Source of the DNA: an uncultured Verrucomicrobiae bacterium
GTDB lineage: Bacteria > Verrucomicrobiota > Verrucomicrobiia > Chthoniobacterales > JAFAMB01
Assembly (NCBI GenBank): GCA_963762565.1
Contig: CAVXLD010000003.1
Coordinates: 768,001-832,000 of the forward strand
DNA: 64,000 bases
Reading direction: 5' to 3'
The position numbers and the translations under genes were made by a program. Below the pieces are notes generated by a model. That model was given only the letters and a program-made list of their open reading frames with translations. It was not told where the DNA came from and ran no database searches. Position 1 is the first letter of the stretch. Every line of letters begins with the position of its first letter. This document shows, one piece after another, positions 20,438 through 30,709 of this stretch.

Positions 20438-22024
20438 TTATCCCCCCAGCGCTGTGAGAATCTTGGAGCCGTCAGGGCTTCCAAGACCCGTCGTGGCGTC
20501 CCAACCCGGCCCAGCGCTAAACGCGCCGTTATTCCCTGACACAATATCATTAAACGCGGACGGATTTTGGTACAGAGCAGCATTCACATACCCGACCCGC
20601 GATTTGTTTTGTTGCATCAACGCCTGATTAATCCGGGCGAAAAGCCCTGCATAAAGCGGCGCCACGGCGCTGGTTCCACCGAATATGTTCGAACTCCCGT
20701 CAATGATGACTTGATAACCGGTGACGGGGTCGGCATCGGCGGCAACATCGGGTACCCCGCGGCCTCCTCCGGAGGTGGTCGGGGCAGGGACATTCACCGA
20801 ATCCTGGTAGGACGGTTTCGGGAAATAATCGCTCACACCGCCACCCGTCGCCCCTTCGCCGCTGGCCGTCTCATTCCAAACGACCTCTGACGTAATCGTG
20901 TTTGTGGTGACATCGGCTTCCAGAGTGGTGCCGCCACACCCGACCACATACGGAGACGAAGCCGGGAAATCGACATGATTCTGGCCGTCCGTTTCACCGT
21001 CGGAAGACCCGCTATCACCCGCTGCCACAAAAACCGTTTTCCCCATGGTGCCGGCATCTTGGAAAGCCTGGTTGAAACTCGTAAACGCCTGAGTGGTCCA
21101 AGTCGATTCCGGACCGCCCCAGCTGATCGAGATCAGGGTTACGGTGGAATCGTTTACCGCGGTCGTGACTGCGTCGATAAAGCCTTGATCGGTGTTGGGC
21201 GCAAAGAACACTTTGATGGCGGCTCCGGGCGCAATCGAACCGGCAACTTCAATATCGAGTTCCACCTCGCCGTCCGGCCCGTCAGCACTTCCTGTAGGAC
21301 TGTTGGTGGCTCCATCGATCGACACCGCAGTTACCGTTGGCGCCGGACTGACGCCCAGCTGCTGGAAATAATTTGTGAGATCAGTCTGGTTATAGCCGCC
21401 GCCGAGCTCAATGATTCCGATCGTCTCACCCTGCCCGGTAAATCCGCCGGGAAAATCGTAAACCGCTGCCAGTTGCAGCGGAGTATAAGTCACGGCCGTA
21501 ACAGCTCCTGGAGCAGCCGTCTTTTTGCTGAGGACCCGAAAATGGGCCTGCGCTTGGGGCCGGTTATCGAGTCCGAAGACACCGGTGATGATGTTCGCAA
21601 AGCTGTTCGGGATCCTGATGGTCCCTTGCCGGAGCCGGTAAACACCACCGGCATAGCGGTAGTGCTGGAGATTCACGCCAAATGCTTCGTTCATACGCGC
21701 CGCAGTCCCCGATAAAGTCACGGAACGGCGTCCGAGATCGTGACCGATGATCTGAAGTTGCTGGCTATCCCCATAATTCGTTACGGCCTCAACATCGGCC
21801 GGATCGGCGCCGAATTTGTGCGCGAATTGTTGCGGCGTTAGATAGGTATGGCTCCCCGGTCCGGAGATTTGGTCGACATATTCTTGTAACCCGCTGGGAT
21901 CTTTGGAACGGAGATAGACCGTGACTTGGATCTGGGTATCGGCCGGGCAGGGGCCGACCAATTCTGCGTTTGGAGGGAGTTGGCGCTCGGAACCAGGCAA
22001 TGAGAAACCTTCTGAGTCCTTCAT
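20438..22024 (-). CDS. S53 (sedolisin/kumamolisin) serine-carboxyl peptidase with prodomain
   Basis: EVELDIE, SISWGGPE, AAGDSGS, GRGVPDVAADADP, GGTSAVAP, GWDATTGLGSP. Confidence 0.96.
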   Translation of the reverse strand: MKDSEGFSLPGSERQLPPNAELVGPCPADTQIQVTVYLRSKDPSGLQEYVDQISGPGSHTYLTPQQFAHKFGADPADVEAVTNYGDSQQLQIIGHDLGRRSVTLSGTAARMNEAFGVNLQHYRYAGGVYRLRQGTIRIPNSFANIITGVFGLDNRPQAQAHFRVLSKKTAAPGAVTAVTYTPLQLAAVYDFPGGFTGQGETIGIIELGGGYNQTDLTNYFQQLGVSPAPTVTAVSIDGATNSPTGSADGPDGEVELDIEVAGSIAPGAAIKVFFAPNTDQGFIDAVTTAVNDSTVTLISISWGGPESTWTTQAFTSFNQAFQDAGTMGKTVFVAAGDSGSSDGETDGQNHVDFPASSPYVVGCGGTTLEADVTTNTITSEVVWNETASGEGATGGGVSDYFPKPSYQDSVNVPAPTTSGGGRGVPDVAADADPVTGYQVIIDGSSNIFGGTSAVAPLYAGLFARINQALMQQNKSRVGYVNAALYQNPSAFNDIVSGNNGAFSAGPGWDATTGLGSPDGSKILTALGG

Positions 22025-22135
22025 ACGATGAGTGTTCGCCGAGGGATCGCGTCCGGCAAGTTCGAAGGTCGTGCGGGCTGGCTTTAATCGTCCTCGTCGT
22101 CGTCCTTGAGAGGGGGCGCGTTGATGCCTGGCGCC

Positions 22136-22402
22136 TGAAGGGGAGCCGCTTTGGTGTTAATCTCTCCGCCCTCGCAAATTTCGTCTCAACGCTGACTCCA
22201 ACCGAAAGGTGCAAAAACAGGCGGCTCCCGGGAACAACCCAACAGTTCACAGCTCTACGACCCTGTCCAAACGAGCCCCGGTAAATCGTCGCCCTGGGTT
22301 ATTCGCGGGAGCCGCCTGTTGCAACGTTTCGTGGTTGGATTGAGCGCTGAAACAAATATCGCGAGGCGGTCTGCCACGCGGCAAAACGGCTCCCCTCCAG
22401 GC
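22136..22402. repeat. Palindromic doublet of ~105-bp repeat family B (ggaggggagccgc..gcggctccc)
   Basis: Two inverted units. Related doublets at 31761-32032 and 59447-59720; single units at 23538-23634 and 12357-12452. Confidence 0.9.
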
Positions 22403-22469
22403 GTTGGGAGAACGACGACGATATGCCTGCAGCGCCACGCCGACACGCCGACACGCCGATACGCCCCAA

Positions 22470-23012
22470 CTATCCCGCTCGATAATGCAGACTAACCGCC
22501 CGATAAACATCGGTGTTTCGCTCTGCCGAATAGAAGAAGAGCTGAATACTGCTGCCTGGTTGTTGCCATTGATAACCAACCAGTGTCTCCATCACGTCAC
22601 CTTCCGGTTTCTTATCTCGGGCGAGAACAGTTGGCGGGCCATACTTAGCTTCCAGTTTCTGCCGGGCGCTGTTCAGAAAATCTTCATAGGCAACCAGATC
22701 CCATTCCGGTCGCTGATATTGGAGCTCCACTTCCACCAAGGTCTTTTCGGTCCCGAAATAAATGATGGTGCGTTTGAGACTGGGTTGGAGCAGACCTTCT
22801 ACCGTCCAGGCGTCCCGGCCCTGGATCACCTCCCGGTTCACAATGTGAGCCTCGGCTCTGCTGATGGTCGTCTCGAGTTGTTTTTCGGATTCACCCCAAT
22901 GAAAACCAAAAGGCGGGGTTATCTGTTCGGGGATAACATTCTGAGCCGAACTCGATTCAATCCCAGCGAACCAGATTAACGCGACTATCCATCCAGCAAT
23001 CCTCTTCAACAT
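22470..23012 (-). CDS. Hypothetical secreted protein
   Basis: Signal peptide (..SSA|Q) followed by PPFGFHWGES and a globular domain. Confidence 0.8.
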   Translation of the reverse strand: MLKRIAGWIVALIWFAGIESSSAQNVIPEQITPPFGFHWGESEKQLETTISRAEAHIVNREVIQGRDAWTVEGLLQPSLKRTIIYFGTEKTLVEVELQYQRPEWDLVAYEDFLNSARQKLEAKYGPPTVLARDKKPEGDVMETLVGYQWQQPGSSIQLFFYSAERNTDVYRAVSLHYRAG

Positions 23013-23237
23013 ATAGAACCGCTTCTGACAAAGCACCCTGCATCGCTTACCAATTTCGCCTCCTATTCCGTGATCAGAGTAGACAGCGTAAAAAGCGCCG
23101 TTGACGGTAGGTTGAAAATGTCGAACCGTCGAGGCGTTTTCAACCGCAAACCGCGAATAAAACTCGAACCGCAGCCCCTAAATCCTCCGGGGTGAAATGG
23201 ACGCAGATTGGAGACTGATCCGCAGATTACAGAGCAG

Positions 23238-23490
23238 ATTAAATATCCGCAGATTTCGCAGATTACGCAGATTACGGCTGGCGGTCGATTAACGCCGGAG
23301 GTCGATAGAAACCCTCACGGTAGCGGCTCGGTTTCCGTCAACAACTGATGTGACTTGACCCCAGAGTGAAATCCACGGAGGACTCAACCTATGGTTGATC
23401 CTCGGTGTTGCTACCGGGATAACCGTTGCATCGCGCAGCACCGTAGTCGAAGCCTAAGACGAAATCTGCGTAATCTGCGGATGTTTAATC
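23238..23490. mobile_element. MITE-like ~250-bp element, family D (atatccgcagattacgcagat termini)
   Basis: Terminal inverted repeats; related copies at 26462-26713 (inverted), 29723-29972 and 58418-58575 (shorter). The three long copies share internal ggcggtcgatt. Confidence 0.75.
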
Positions 23491-23761
23491 TTCTTCAATC
23501 TGCGGTTCGTCGCGAAATTGTCCTTTTGAGAGTTCAGTTGGAGGGGAGCCGCTTTACCGCGTCCCTCAAGACCTGACGCTATTTCTTCTATGGCATGTCT
23601 TGCCGAAACGGGTGAGAACAGGCGGCTCCCCTCCGGCGGAACTCCTTGAACTCCTAGTACTCCCCGACTCCGCAAAGCCTACGTCGCGGCGGGCCTTGAA
23701 CTCCTTAATTAACAATTTGCTTGGATTATGGCAGCGTAGCGGCGGTAATCGATAAACCACC

Positions 23762-24511
23762 ATGTTCAAGCGACTAGGAAATTTGATCAAGGGCTTCTTC
23801 GGTTTGTTTGTTAGCGGCTTGGAGAAGCAGAACCCTGAGGCGCTTTTAGAGCTCGAAAGGGAAAACCTGCGCAAACAGATTGCTCAATATAACCAAGGAC
23901 TAGCCGCGCATGCCGGGCTTTGCGAAAGGTTGATTACTCAGGTCAGAAAGTTAGAGACCGAAGAAAGGGAATTGCGCGCCAAGACTACCGCCATGCTGCG
24001 AGCCAATAGCCGGGACGCAGCCGGTCAACTCGCCCTCCGGTTACAAACCATTCAAAGGGAGTTGGGTGAAAACCATAAGCAATTGGAGCAGGCGGAAAAG
24101 ACCTATCAAGAGCTGATTCGAGCCCGAGACGTGGCGGTGAAGAATGCTCAGACGAAAATCGAGGCGCTCCGGTTCAGCCTGGATGACCTCAAGATAAAGA
24201 AGGCGACCGCCGAGCTCACCCAGATGGCTTCCGGGATGGTGACGCAGATCGGTGGAGCAGGGGACACTTTGGATCGCCTCCACCAGATGGTCGAAGAAGA
24301 AAGAGAGGTTGCCGCGGGTAAAGCAAGAGTCGCCCGGGATTCCTTGGACACAACGGGTTTGCATTTGAAAGAGGCAGAGCAAAAGGCATTGGAAGAACAA
24401 GCACTAGCCGACTTCGCAGCCAGCGAGGGTATCGCCTTTCAACCCACCCAGCAGCCCCCCGAGAAAACCGACGAAGGCGGCAGCAAAACCATGGGCCCGG
24501 TCTCGCAGTGA
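23762..24511 (+). CDS. pspA: PspA/IM30 family protein
   Basis: Amphipathic N-helix MFKRLGNLIKGFFGLFV, LEKQNPEALLE, long coiled coil, TLDRLHQMVEEE, ALADFAA. Confidence 0.85.
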   Translation: MFKRLGNLIKGFFGLFVSGLEKQNPEALLELERENLRKQIAQYNQGLAAHAGLCERLITQVRKLETEERELRAKTTAMLRANSRDAAGQLALRLQTIQRELGENHKQLEQAEKTYQELIRARDVAVKNAQTKIEALRFSLDDLKIKKATAELTQMASGMVTQIGGAGDTLDRLHQMVEEEREVAAGKARVARDSLDTTGLHLKEAEQKALEEQALADFAASEGIAFQPTQQPPEKTDEGGSKTMGPVSQ

Positions 24512-24706
24512 GCTTTAGCGTTCGGCGTTTGGCGTTCGCCGTTTGGCGTTCGGCGTTTGGCGTTTGGGGTTCGGCGTTTGGCGTGGCCCGGTCGTGCGAC
24601 ACCCGCGTCCTACATATAAGTCCTATCAGTCCCATAGGTCCTATCCGTGCCACGCCACAACCAGCCGCTTGATCCCCGATCACCACCACAATAAGCGACC
24701 ATCCTA

Positions 24707-26365
24707 ATGAGTTATCGTAGAGAGACATTGCCGGACTGGGCGAAAGAGATGGTGGCCCTTTATGAAAGTGATGCTGCCAGCCAGTTCATTCTCCACGGCA
24801 ATATCCATGACCGTTTTCTGTTAGGCACCACCGATGGAACCTCTTCCGGAGCACTTTTGGATTTCCTCAAAGAGGTCTTGATGCCGCAGTTCGACGTCAT
24901 CCTGCTCTACGATCTGGGGAACGGTCTCCGGGTCGACCGAGGAGGGGAAAAGTTCAAGGAATGGCCTCCCATGCAGATGAACGCAGAACTACCCCGGGCG
25001 CCGCGACCGGCGGTCGAATTGATTACCCGGTTCCTACGGTACTGCGCAAATTTGGCCAGATTGAATCGGGGCGATATCTCGGTCGGCGCCATGGTGGAAT
25101 CGGCTCATCTGGTGGCTCCGGCGGTGCCCGGTGTGCTCAATTATGATTTAAACGCGCTCGCCTTGCTTTTCCGGGAATGGGCCAGTAGCGAGTTCTTTCG
25201 AGGCCAAGCCATCGTGAGCTGTCTATTAACCGAGAACCTGAACGATCTGCATCCAATCGTGGTAAATAATCCGCGGGTCGCGAAAATCAAAATTCCGTTT
25301 CCATCCACCAAGGATCTGGAAGTCGCAATCGCACTGGCTCGAGAGAAGTTTTCGCTAGCGTTAGGCCCGTTCAATGAGCATCCGGAACGGCTGGCGCAAG
25401 GGCTCACCGGGATCACCATGAACGGCTTGGATCGTCTCCTATTGGTCAGGCAATACAAGAAGGAACCATTAGACGAGCAGGATGTCGTCGAGCAGAAACG
25501 GATCATTGTTGAAGAAGAATGTCAGGGGTTAATCGAGTTCATCGCCCCGCGGCGTACCTTGAACAATCTATACGGCCAAGAGAAATTGAAACAAATTCTG
25601 CGCCAGGATCTCGACCTCTGGAAGGTAGGCGATCTGCGAGCGATCCCGATGGGATACCTGATCTGTGGTCCGGTCGGTACGGGAAAGACGTACTTGGTAG
25701 AATGTCTGGCCGGTGAAGCCGGCGTGCCCGTGGTTAAGATCAAGAACTTTCGCGACCGCTGGGTGGGGAGCACGGAAGGAAATCTGGAAAAGATTTTTCG
25801 TCTGCTGCAAGCGTTGGACCGTTGTTACGTGTTCATTGATGAAGCCGACCAGGCGTTGGGTAAACGCGAGACAGGCGGACAAGATGCCGGCTTATCCGGT
25901 AGAATTTATTCCATGATGGCGGCCGAGATGAGCCGTCCGGAAAACCGCGGCCGCTTAGTCTGGATCTTGGCTTCGAGCCGGCCGGACTTGATCGAGGTCG
26001 ATCTAAAGCGACCGGGCCGGATCGACCTGAAAATTCCGATCTTTCCAACAGTGACACCGGAAGAAGGTTACCTGCTACTTAGCTCGCTAGCGAAACGCTA
26101 CGAACTTGAGCTCGCTCCGAGTTATGAAGGCATATCGGTGCCGGATCTGCTTACCCCCGGGGCAGCGGAGTCAATCATGGTGAAAGTTTATCGGCTTGTG
26201 CAAACCACCAAAGCGCCCGTCATGGAAGCGTTAAGGAAATGCCTTACCGAATACCAGAGCCCGGTTCTTCCCGACGTTATGGATGCCCAGATCCGTCTCG
26301 CGATCCAAGAAACCTCTGACATGGAGTTCGTCCCGCAGAAGATCCGTGAGCGCTTCGCCCGATGA
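24707..26365 (+). CDS. AAA+ ATPase (classical clade) with degenerate N-terminal ATPase-like domain
   Basis: Walker A GPVGTGKT, pore loop DRWVGSTEG, Walker B VFIDEAD, SRH SSRPDLIEVDLKRPGRID. Confidence 0.92.
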   Translation: MSYRRETLPDWAKEMVALYESDAASQFILHGNIHDRFLLGTTDGTSSGALLDFLKEVLMPQFDVILLYDLGNGLRVDRGGEKFKEWPPMQMNAELPRAPRPAVELITRFLRYCANLARLNRGDISVGAMVESAHLVAPAVPGVLNYDLNALALLFREWASSEFFRGQAIVSCLLTENLNDLHPIVVNNPRVAKIKIPFPSTKDLEVAIALAREKFSLALGPFNEHPERLAQGLTGITMNGLDRLLLVRQYKKEPLDEQDVVEQKRIIVEEECQGLIEFIAPRRTLNNLYGQEKLKQILRQDLDLWKVGDLRAIPMGYLICGPVGTGKTYLVECLAGEAGVPVVKIKNFRDRWVGSTEGNLEKIFRLLQALDRCYVFIDEADQALGKRETGGQDAGLSGRIYSMMAAEMSRPENRGRLVWILASSRPDLIEVDLKRPGRIDLKIPIFPTVTPEEGYLLLSSLAKRYELELAPSYEGISVPDLLTPGAAESIMVKVYRLVQTTKAPVMEALRKCLTEYQSPVLPDVMDAQIRLAIQETSDMEFVPQKIRERFAR

Positions 26366-26810
26366 AGACAGAAATTCACTACAGAGACACAGAGGACACA
26401 AAGAATGAGGCCTAACCGCAGATGGACGCAGACATGAAGTGATCCGCGGATTAGGAAGAAGATTAAATATCCGCAGATTACGCAGATTACGCAGATTTCG
26501 TTCTGGCGCTTCGATTACGGCGCTGCGCGATGCAAGCCGTTGTGGCGGTAACAATGTCGAGGACCAACCATGGGTTTGACCCATCCGTAGATTTTGGCCT
26601 GGGTTCAAGTCGCACCAGTTATGGATGGAACCGTGCCGCTACCTTGGGGTCGCCATCCGCCCCTGGCGTCAATCGACCGCCAACCGAAAATCTGCGTAAT
26701 CTGCGGATATTTACTCTTCTGCATGATCTGCGGACCATCGAAAGTCGCGTTTTTGTTCGTTAATCTGCGGTTGAGATTTGGTTCTGATTCGTGTCAATTC
26801 GCGTCCATTC

Positions 26811-28100
26811 GTGGTGAATAATCCCCGGCGAGCGGCTTTCATTGTTTTCGGCCTTTGGTTGGCGGTGATCCTCGGGGTGACGATGCGGGGGCTGGTTGCG
26901 CCGCATCAGAACTCGGTGTTCTTGGTTTTCAGGGACGCGGGCCGTGCTTGGCTAGCGGGGCAGCCGCTGTATTCGCATGTCGGTAAATATCTTTATAGCC
27001 CGCTGGCTGCTGCATTGTTTTCGCCTTTTGCGTTGATCCCCGATGGGGCCGCCTCCGCTCTTTGGCGCTTAGTCACCGGCTTGGCGTATCTGATCGCGGT
27101 CGTCTGCTGGTTCCTCCGATACACCGTGTCGTGCTCCCGACTTCGCCAGCCAATCGAGTTGGAAGCCAATGGGCCAAAGGCTTCGTCGGGCAAGCTGTTC
27201 TCGTCGTCGTCCTCGTCCTCGATCTGGTCCTCGTCCTCGGTTTACCCTGCCGTCCTCGCTCTCGCGCTTCTCCTCCCATTATCCATCGGAAACCTGAACA
27301 ATGGCCAAGCAAGCCCGTTGATTATCGCCCTGTTGATTTGCGGATGCCTGGCGGCGTTAGATGAACGTTGGACCTTAACGGCGGCTTGTATTTCAATCGC
27401 TGCCTTCTTCAAGATCTATCCGTTAGCCATCGGCCTACTAGTAGCGGTGATTGAGCCCCGGAAACTCGGTTGGCGGCTGGTACTGGGAATCCTGATCCTT
27501 GGCATCCTTTCCCTAGTGTTGCAGCGGCCTGATTATGTGATCAATCAATACGGCGATTGGTGGCGTAGCTTAGGAGCAGACCAGCGCCGGATCTCAACCG
27601 AGCTAGGTTCATGGCGAGATGCTTGGTTGTTGCTCCGGATCGCCCACGTACCGATCACGGTCGGCGCCTACGCAGTGTTACAAGCGGCTACCGCGATAGC
27701 GGCTGCCGTCTTTTGCTGGTGGCGATCAAAGGTCTGGAATCGAGCCGCAGTGATTTGGAGCGCGTTCAGTGTCGGTTGCCTTTGGATCACCCTATTCGGC
27801 CCTTCCACCGAGCTGGCGACTTATATCTTTTTAGCGCCGGCCGTGGCGTTTGCTTGCGCCCAAACGCTATTGCCTGTGATGCAAAAGCGACAGCCCTTCG
27901 GTTGGTTTCAATTCCTTCCCCTGGCCGCTTATGGGTTGCTTCTTTTGGCGGAAGCGTTGAATGCTTGGGTCCCTGTGATTCGACAGAATAACTATCTCCA
28001 CGCCATTCAACCCGTCGCGGCATTGCTTTTCTTGGGGTTCACTCCTTGTTGGAACCCGCTGAAGTCTGAGCCATCGAACACTAGCGTGTCCTCACAGTAA
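26811..28100 (+). CDS. GT87/DUF2029-like GT-C glycosyltransferase
   Basis: GQPLY..YLYSPLAAALFSPF, NLNNGQ, FKIYP; multi-TM. Confidence 0.85.
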   Translation: MVNNPRRAAFIVFGLWLAVILGVTMRGLVAPHQNSVFLVFRDAGRAWLAGQPLYSHVGKYLYSPLAAALFSPFALIPDGAASALWRLVTGLAYLIAVVCWFLRYTVSCSRLRQPIELEANGPKASSGKLFSSSSSSSIWSSSSVYPAVLALALLLPLSIGNLNNGQASPLIIALLICGCLAALDERWTLTAACISIAAFFKIYPLAIGLLVAVIEPRKLGWRLVLGILILGILSLVLQRPDYVINQYGDWWRSLGADQRRISTELGSWRDAWLLLRIAHVPITVGAYAVLQAATAIAAAVFCWWRSKVWNRAAVIWSAFSVGCLWITLFGPSTELATYIFLAPAVAFACAQTLLPVMQKRQPFGWFQFLPLAAYGLLLLAEALNAWVPVIRQNNYLHAIQPVAALLFLGFTPCWNPLKSEPSNTSVSSQ

Positions 28101-29713
28101 TGAGCCCTTCGACGCGCTTTCAGCTTGCTCAGGGCAGGCCCGCCTGGTTCCAAAATCGCTACCTGATTCTGACAGTGGTTCTTCTGACTGTGACCCTGTA
28201 CCGTCTCTGGTACTCCACCCAGCTGGAGCTCGTTGGGGATGAAGCTTATTATTGGCTGTGGTCGCGTCGCCTTGATCTGGCTTACTTAGATAAAGGGCCG
28301 GTAATCGCCTGGTTCATCGCTGCCGGAACCGCGTTGTTCGGTCAGACTGCTTTTGGGGTCAGATTTTTTGCGGTGATTCTTTCCACTGCGACCGGGATCG
28401 GCCTCTTTCTGTTGGCCCGGCGTTTGTTCTCGGACCGGGTCGGGTTCTGGACGCTCCTGTTAGCGGGTCTGTCACCGATGTTTGCGGCGGGATCGATTCT
28501 CATGACCATCGACACTCCGCTCATCTGTTTTTGGACGTTTGCTGCATTCGCTTTCTGGTGGGCTAAAGGTTCAACCCGGTTGCTGCCCTGGATCGTGACC
28601 GGGATTTTGGTCGGGCTCAGTACGCTCTCTAAGTATACCGGCGCCATTGAATTGATTTCGTTCGCGTTCTTTTGCCTCTGGTATGGTCCCAGCCGGAAAC
28701 AACTCCTGAACGGCCGTTTTCTGGTAATGCTCTTGGTCGTGGGCCTTTGTCTAGTCCCCGTGATTTATTGGAACTGGGAACACCAATGGCCGACGCTCCG
28801 GTTTCTGACGCATCGGGGTGCTTTAGATGAGAAGGCGCATTTCCGTCCGTTGGACGTCTTGGTTTTTTTGGGAGGACAAGCAGGGGTCATCTCCCCGGCC
28901 ATTTTTATTGCACTCGTTGTGGTTCTGTTCTGGCCAAGCTTGAAAACGACGGATGACGAAGGTCAGACCAGATTCTTGCTCGCACTTTTTCTGCCTTTGT
29001 TTCTGCTCTATTTCTTTCTCAGTTTTCAAAAGGCTAGTCAGGCGAACTGGCCCGCTGCCGCCTACGTTGCCGGCTTTATTTTTCTGGCGGCAAAATGGGA
29101 TAGACTAATGAAGCAGGTTCGCTGGGCGAGGTGGTTAGCGATCGCCGGCTTAGCGATCGCACTGATCGAGACCGTTGGCTTGCAGGAGACTCGATGGTTG
29201 AACCTGCCCCCAGGCAAAGATCCCCTCGACCGAGCTCGGGGAGCACGCGATCTCGCCGCTCAAGTTTCTGCTATAGAAACAGAGACTGGCATAAAGGTAG
29301 TGATTGCTAACGCCTATATGACCGCGTCGTTACTCTCATTCTATCTGCCGGGCCAACCGGACACCTACATGCCCTTGTCCAGTGCGCCTTACAACCAGCT
29401 GATCCTTTGGCCAACTTATCGTGAGGAACATCCGCACGAAGACGCCATCTTCATTTCCGAAACGAATCGAGTTCCCACTTCGTTAAAGGACGATTTTCCA
29501 AAGATAGAAGCTGGGAAGGTATTGACCATCACGCAAGATGGCCGAACCATCCGAAAGTTGTATGCGTTTGTGTGCCGGCGTGACGATCAGCACAAAGACA
29601 CAGAGACAAATCTTAACCGCGAATACACGCGAATGGAAACCAAGAGAGAAAAGACTAACCGCAGATGCACGCAGATTGACGCAGATCAGATTACGGACAG
29701 GTCCGCAGACTAA
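28100..29713 (+). CDS. GT39/ArnT-like (PMT_2) glycosyltransferase
   Basis: DEAYYWLWSRRLDLAYLDKGP, MTIDTP, LSKYTG; multi-TM. Confidence 0.9.
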   Translation: MSPSTRFQLAQGRPAWFQNRYLILTVVLLTVTLYRLWYSTQLELVGDEAYYWLWSRRLDLAYLDKGPVIAWFIAAGTALFGQTAFGVRFFAVILSTATGIGLFLLARRLFSDRVGFWTLLLAGLSPMFAAGSILMTIDTPLICFWTFAAFAFWWAKGSTRLLPWIVTGILVGLSTLSKYTGAIELISFAFFCLWYGPSRKQLLNGRFLVMLLVVGLCLVPVIYWNWEHQWPTLRFLTHRGALDEKAHFRPLDVLVFLGGQAGVISPAIFIALVVVLFWPSLKTTDDEGQTRFLLALFLPLFLLYFFLSFQKASQANWPAAAYVAGFIFLAAKWDRLMKQVRWARWLAIAGLAIALIETVGLQETRWLNLPPGKDPLDRARGARDLAAQVSAIETETGIKVVIANAYMTASLLSFYLPGQPDTYMPLSSAPYNQLILWPTYREEHPHEDAIFISETNRVPTSLKDDFPKIEAGKVLTITQDGRTIRKLYAFVCRRDDQHKDTETNLNREYTRMETKREKTNRRCTQIDADQITDRSAD

Positions 29714-30069
29714 AGTAAGAGCTTAAATATCCGCAGATTACACAGATTACGCAGATTACGGTTGGCGGTCGATTCATGTCGGGGACTAAGCAGCTTTTTG
29801 GGGCGCGGGTACGACCCCCAGCGGTGCTGGATGTCACCTGCCCATGACTCAAATCTGTGGATGGTTTAAGCCTGGGTTTGTTATTGGAAACCGCTAGTGG
29901 TTCAGCGGCATCTATCGGTCTACGTCGTAGTCGAAGGCCAGCGCGAAATCTGTGTAATCTGCGGATATTTTGATCTTCTACTTAGTCTGCGGACCTGTGC
30001 ATGATCTGCGTTAATTTAACCCCGGAGAATCTCCGGGCTGCGGTTCGTCTTCCGTCTTTCGCCCTTTCG

Positions 30070-30220
30070 CTATTGAGCTGGAAAAATTTTGATCACTGAC
30101 ACCGTGTTGTCGCTAGTGTTAGTCACGTATGCTTTCACTCCGTTGTGAGACATTGCCACGGCCACGGGCTGGTTCCCGACCGTGATTGGATTTCCGACGG
30201 GCGCACCGGTCGATGTGTCC
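30070..30220 (-). pseudogene. C-terminal remnant of a YVTN beta-propeller gene
   Basis: DTSTGAPVGNPITVGNQPVAVAMSHNGVKAYVTNTSDNTVSVI is a single YVTN repeat with no matching upstream sequence. Confidence 0.7.
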
Positions 30221-30477
30221 CCTTTGGCGTCAAGGTTTAAGAGACGAAACCGGTTACAACGCCAATCTTCCGAGTCCATGGTCCGTAGGTCCTGGGCGAG
30301 TAGATAGAGGATCGGGAAAGGTAGTGACAAGCAAAATCACGGCCGCGTGAATCTAGTTCGTTAGAGACTACTATCAAAAATAATGGACGTTAACGGGTTA
30401 CGATGCTCGCAAAAATTATGTCGTAAACATCGGCAGTTCCGCCGGCCACAGAATGGCTAACAAAAACCAGCCGCTCT

Positions 30478-30672
30478 TGTCCCGTAGGATCGAATGATGG
30501 TAGCGACTCGACCGAGCTCGCCGAAAGTCCTGGCAATTTATTGCCGAGAACCGGCCGAACAACGGATTCGTCCCATTAGGGTACGGCGTGATCGATTCGC
30601 AATATTCATTCCTGTTGTCGTGGGTGAAGACCAATCGCGACGTCACGAATCATACCGTTCCCTACGGGACAA
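30478..30672. repeat. REP-like element with ttgtcccgtagg / cctacgggacaa inverted ends
   Basis: Inverted termini resembling the gtcccgaagggac hairpins near 14170. Confidence 0.65.
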
Positions 30673-30709
30673 AGGCGCTTCGCGCCTACTCGCCGCATCG
30701 CCCTTTCGC

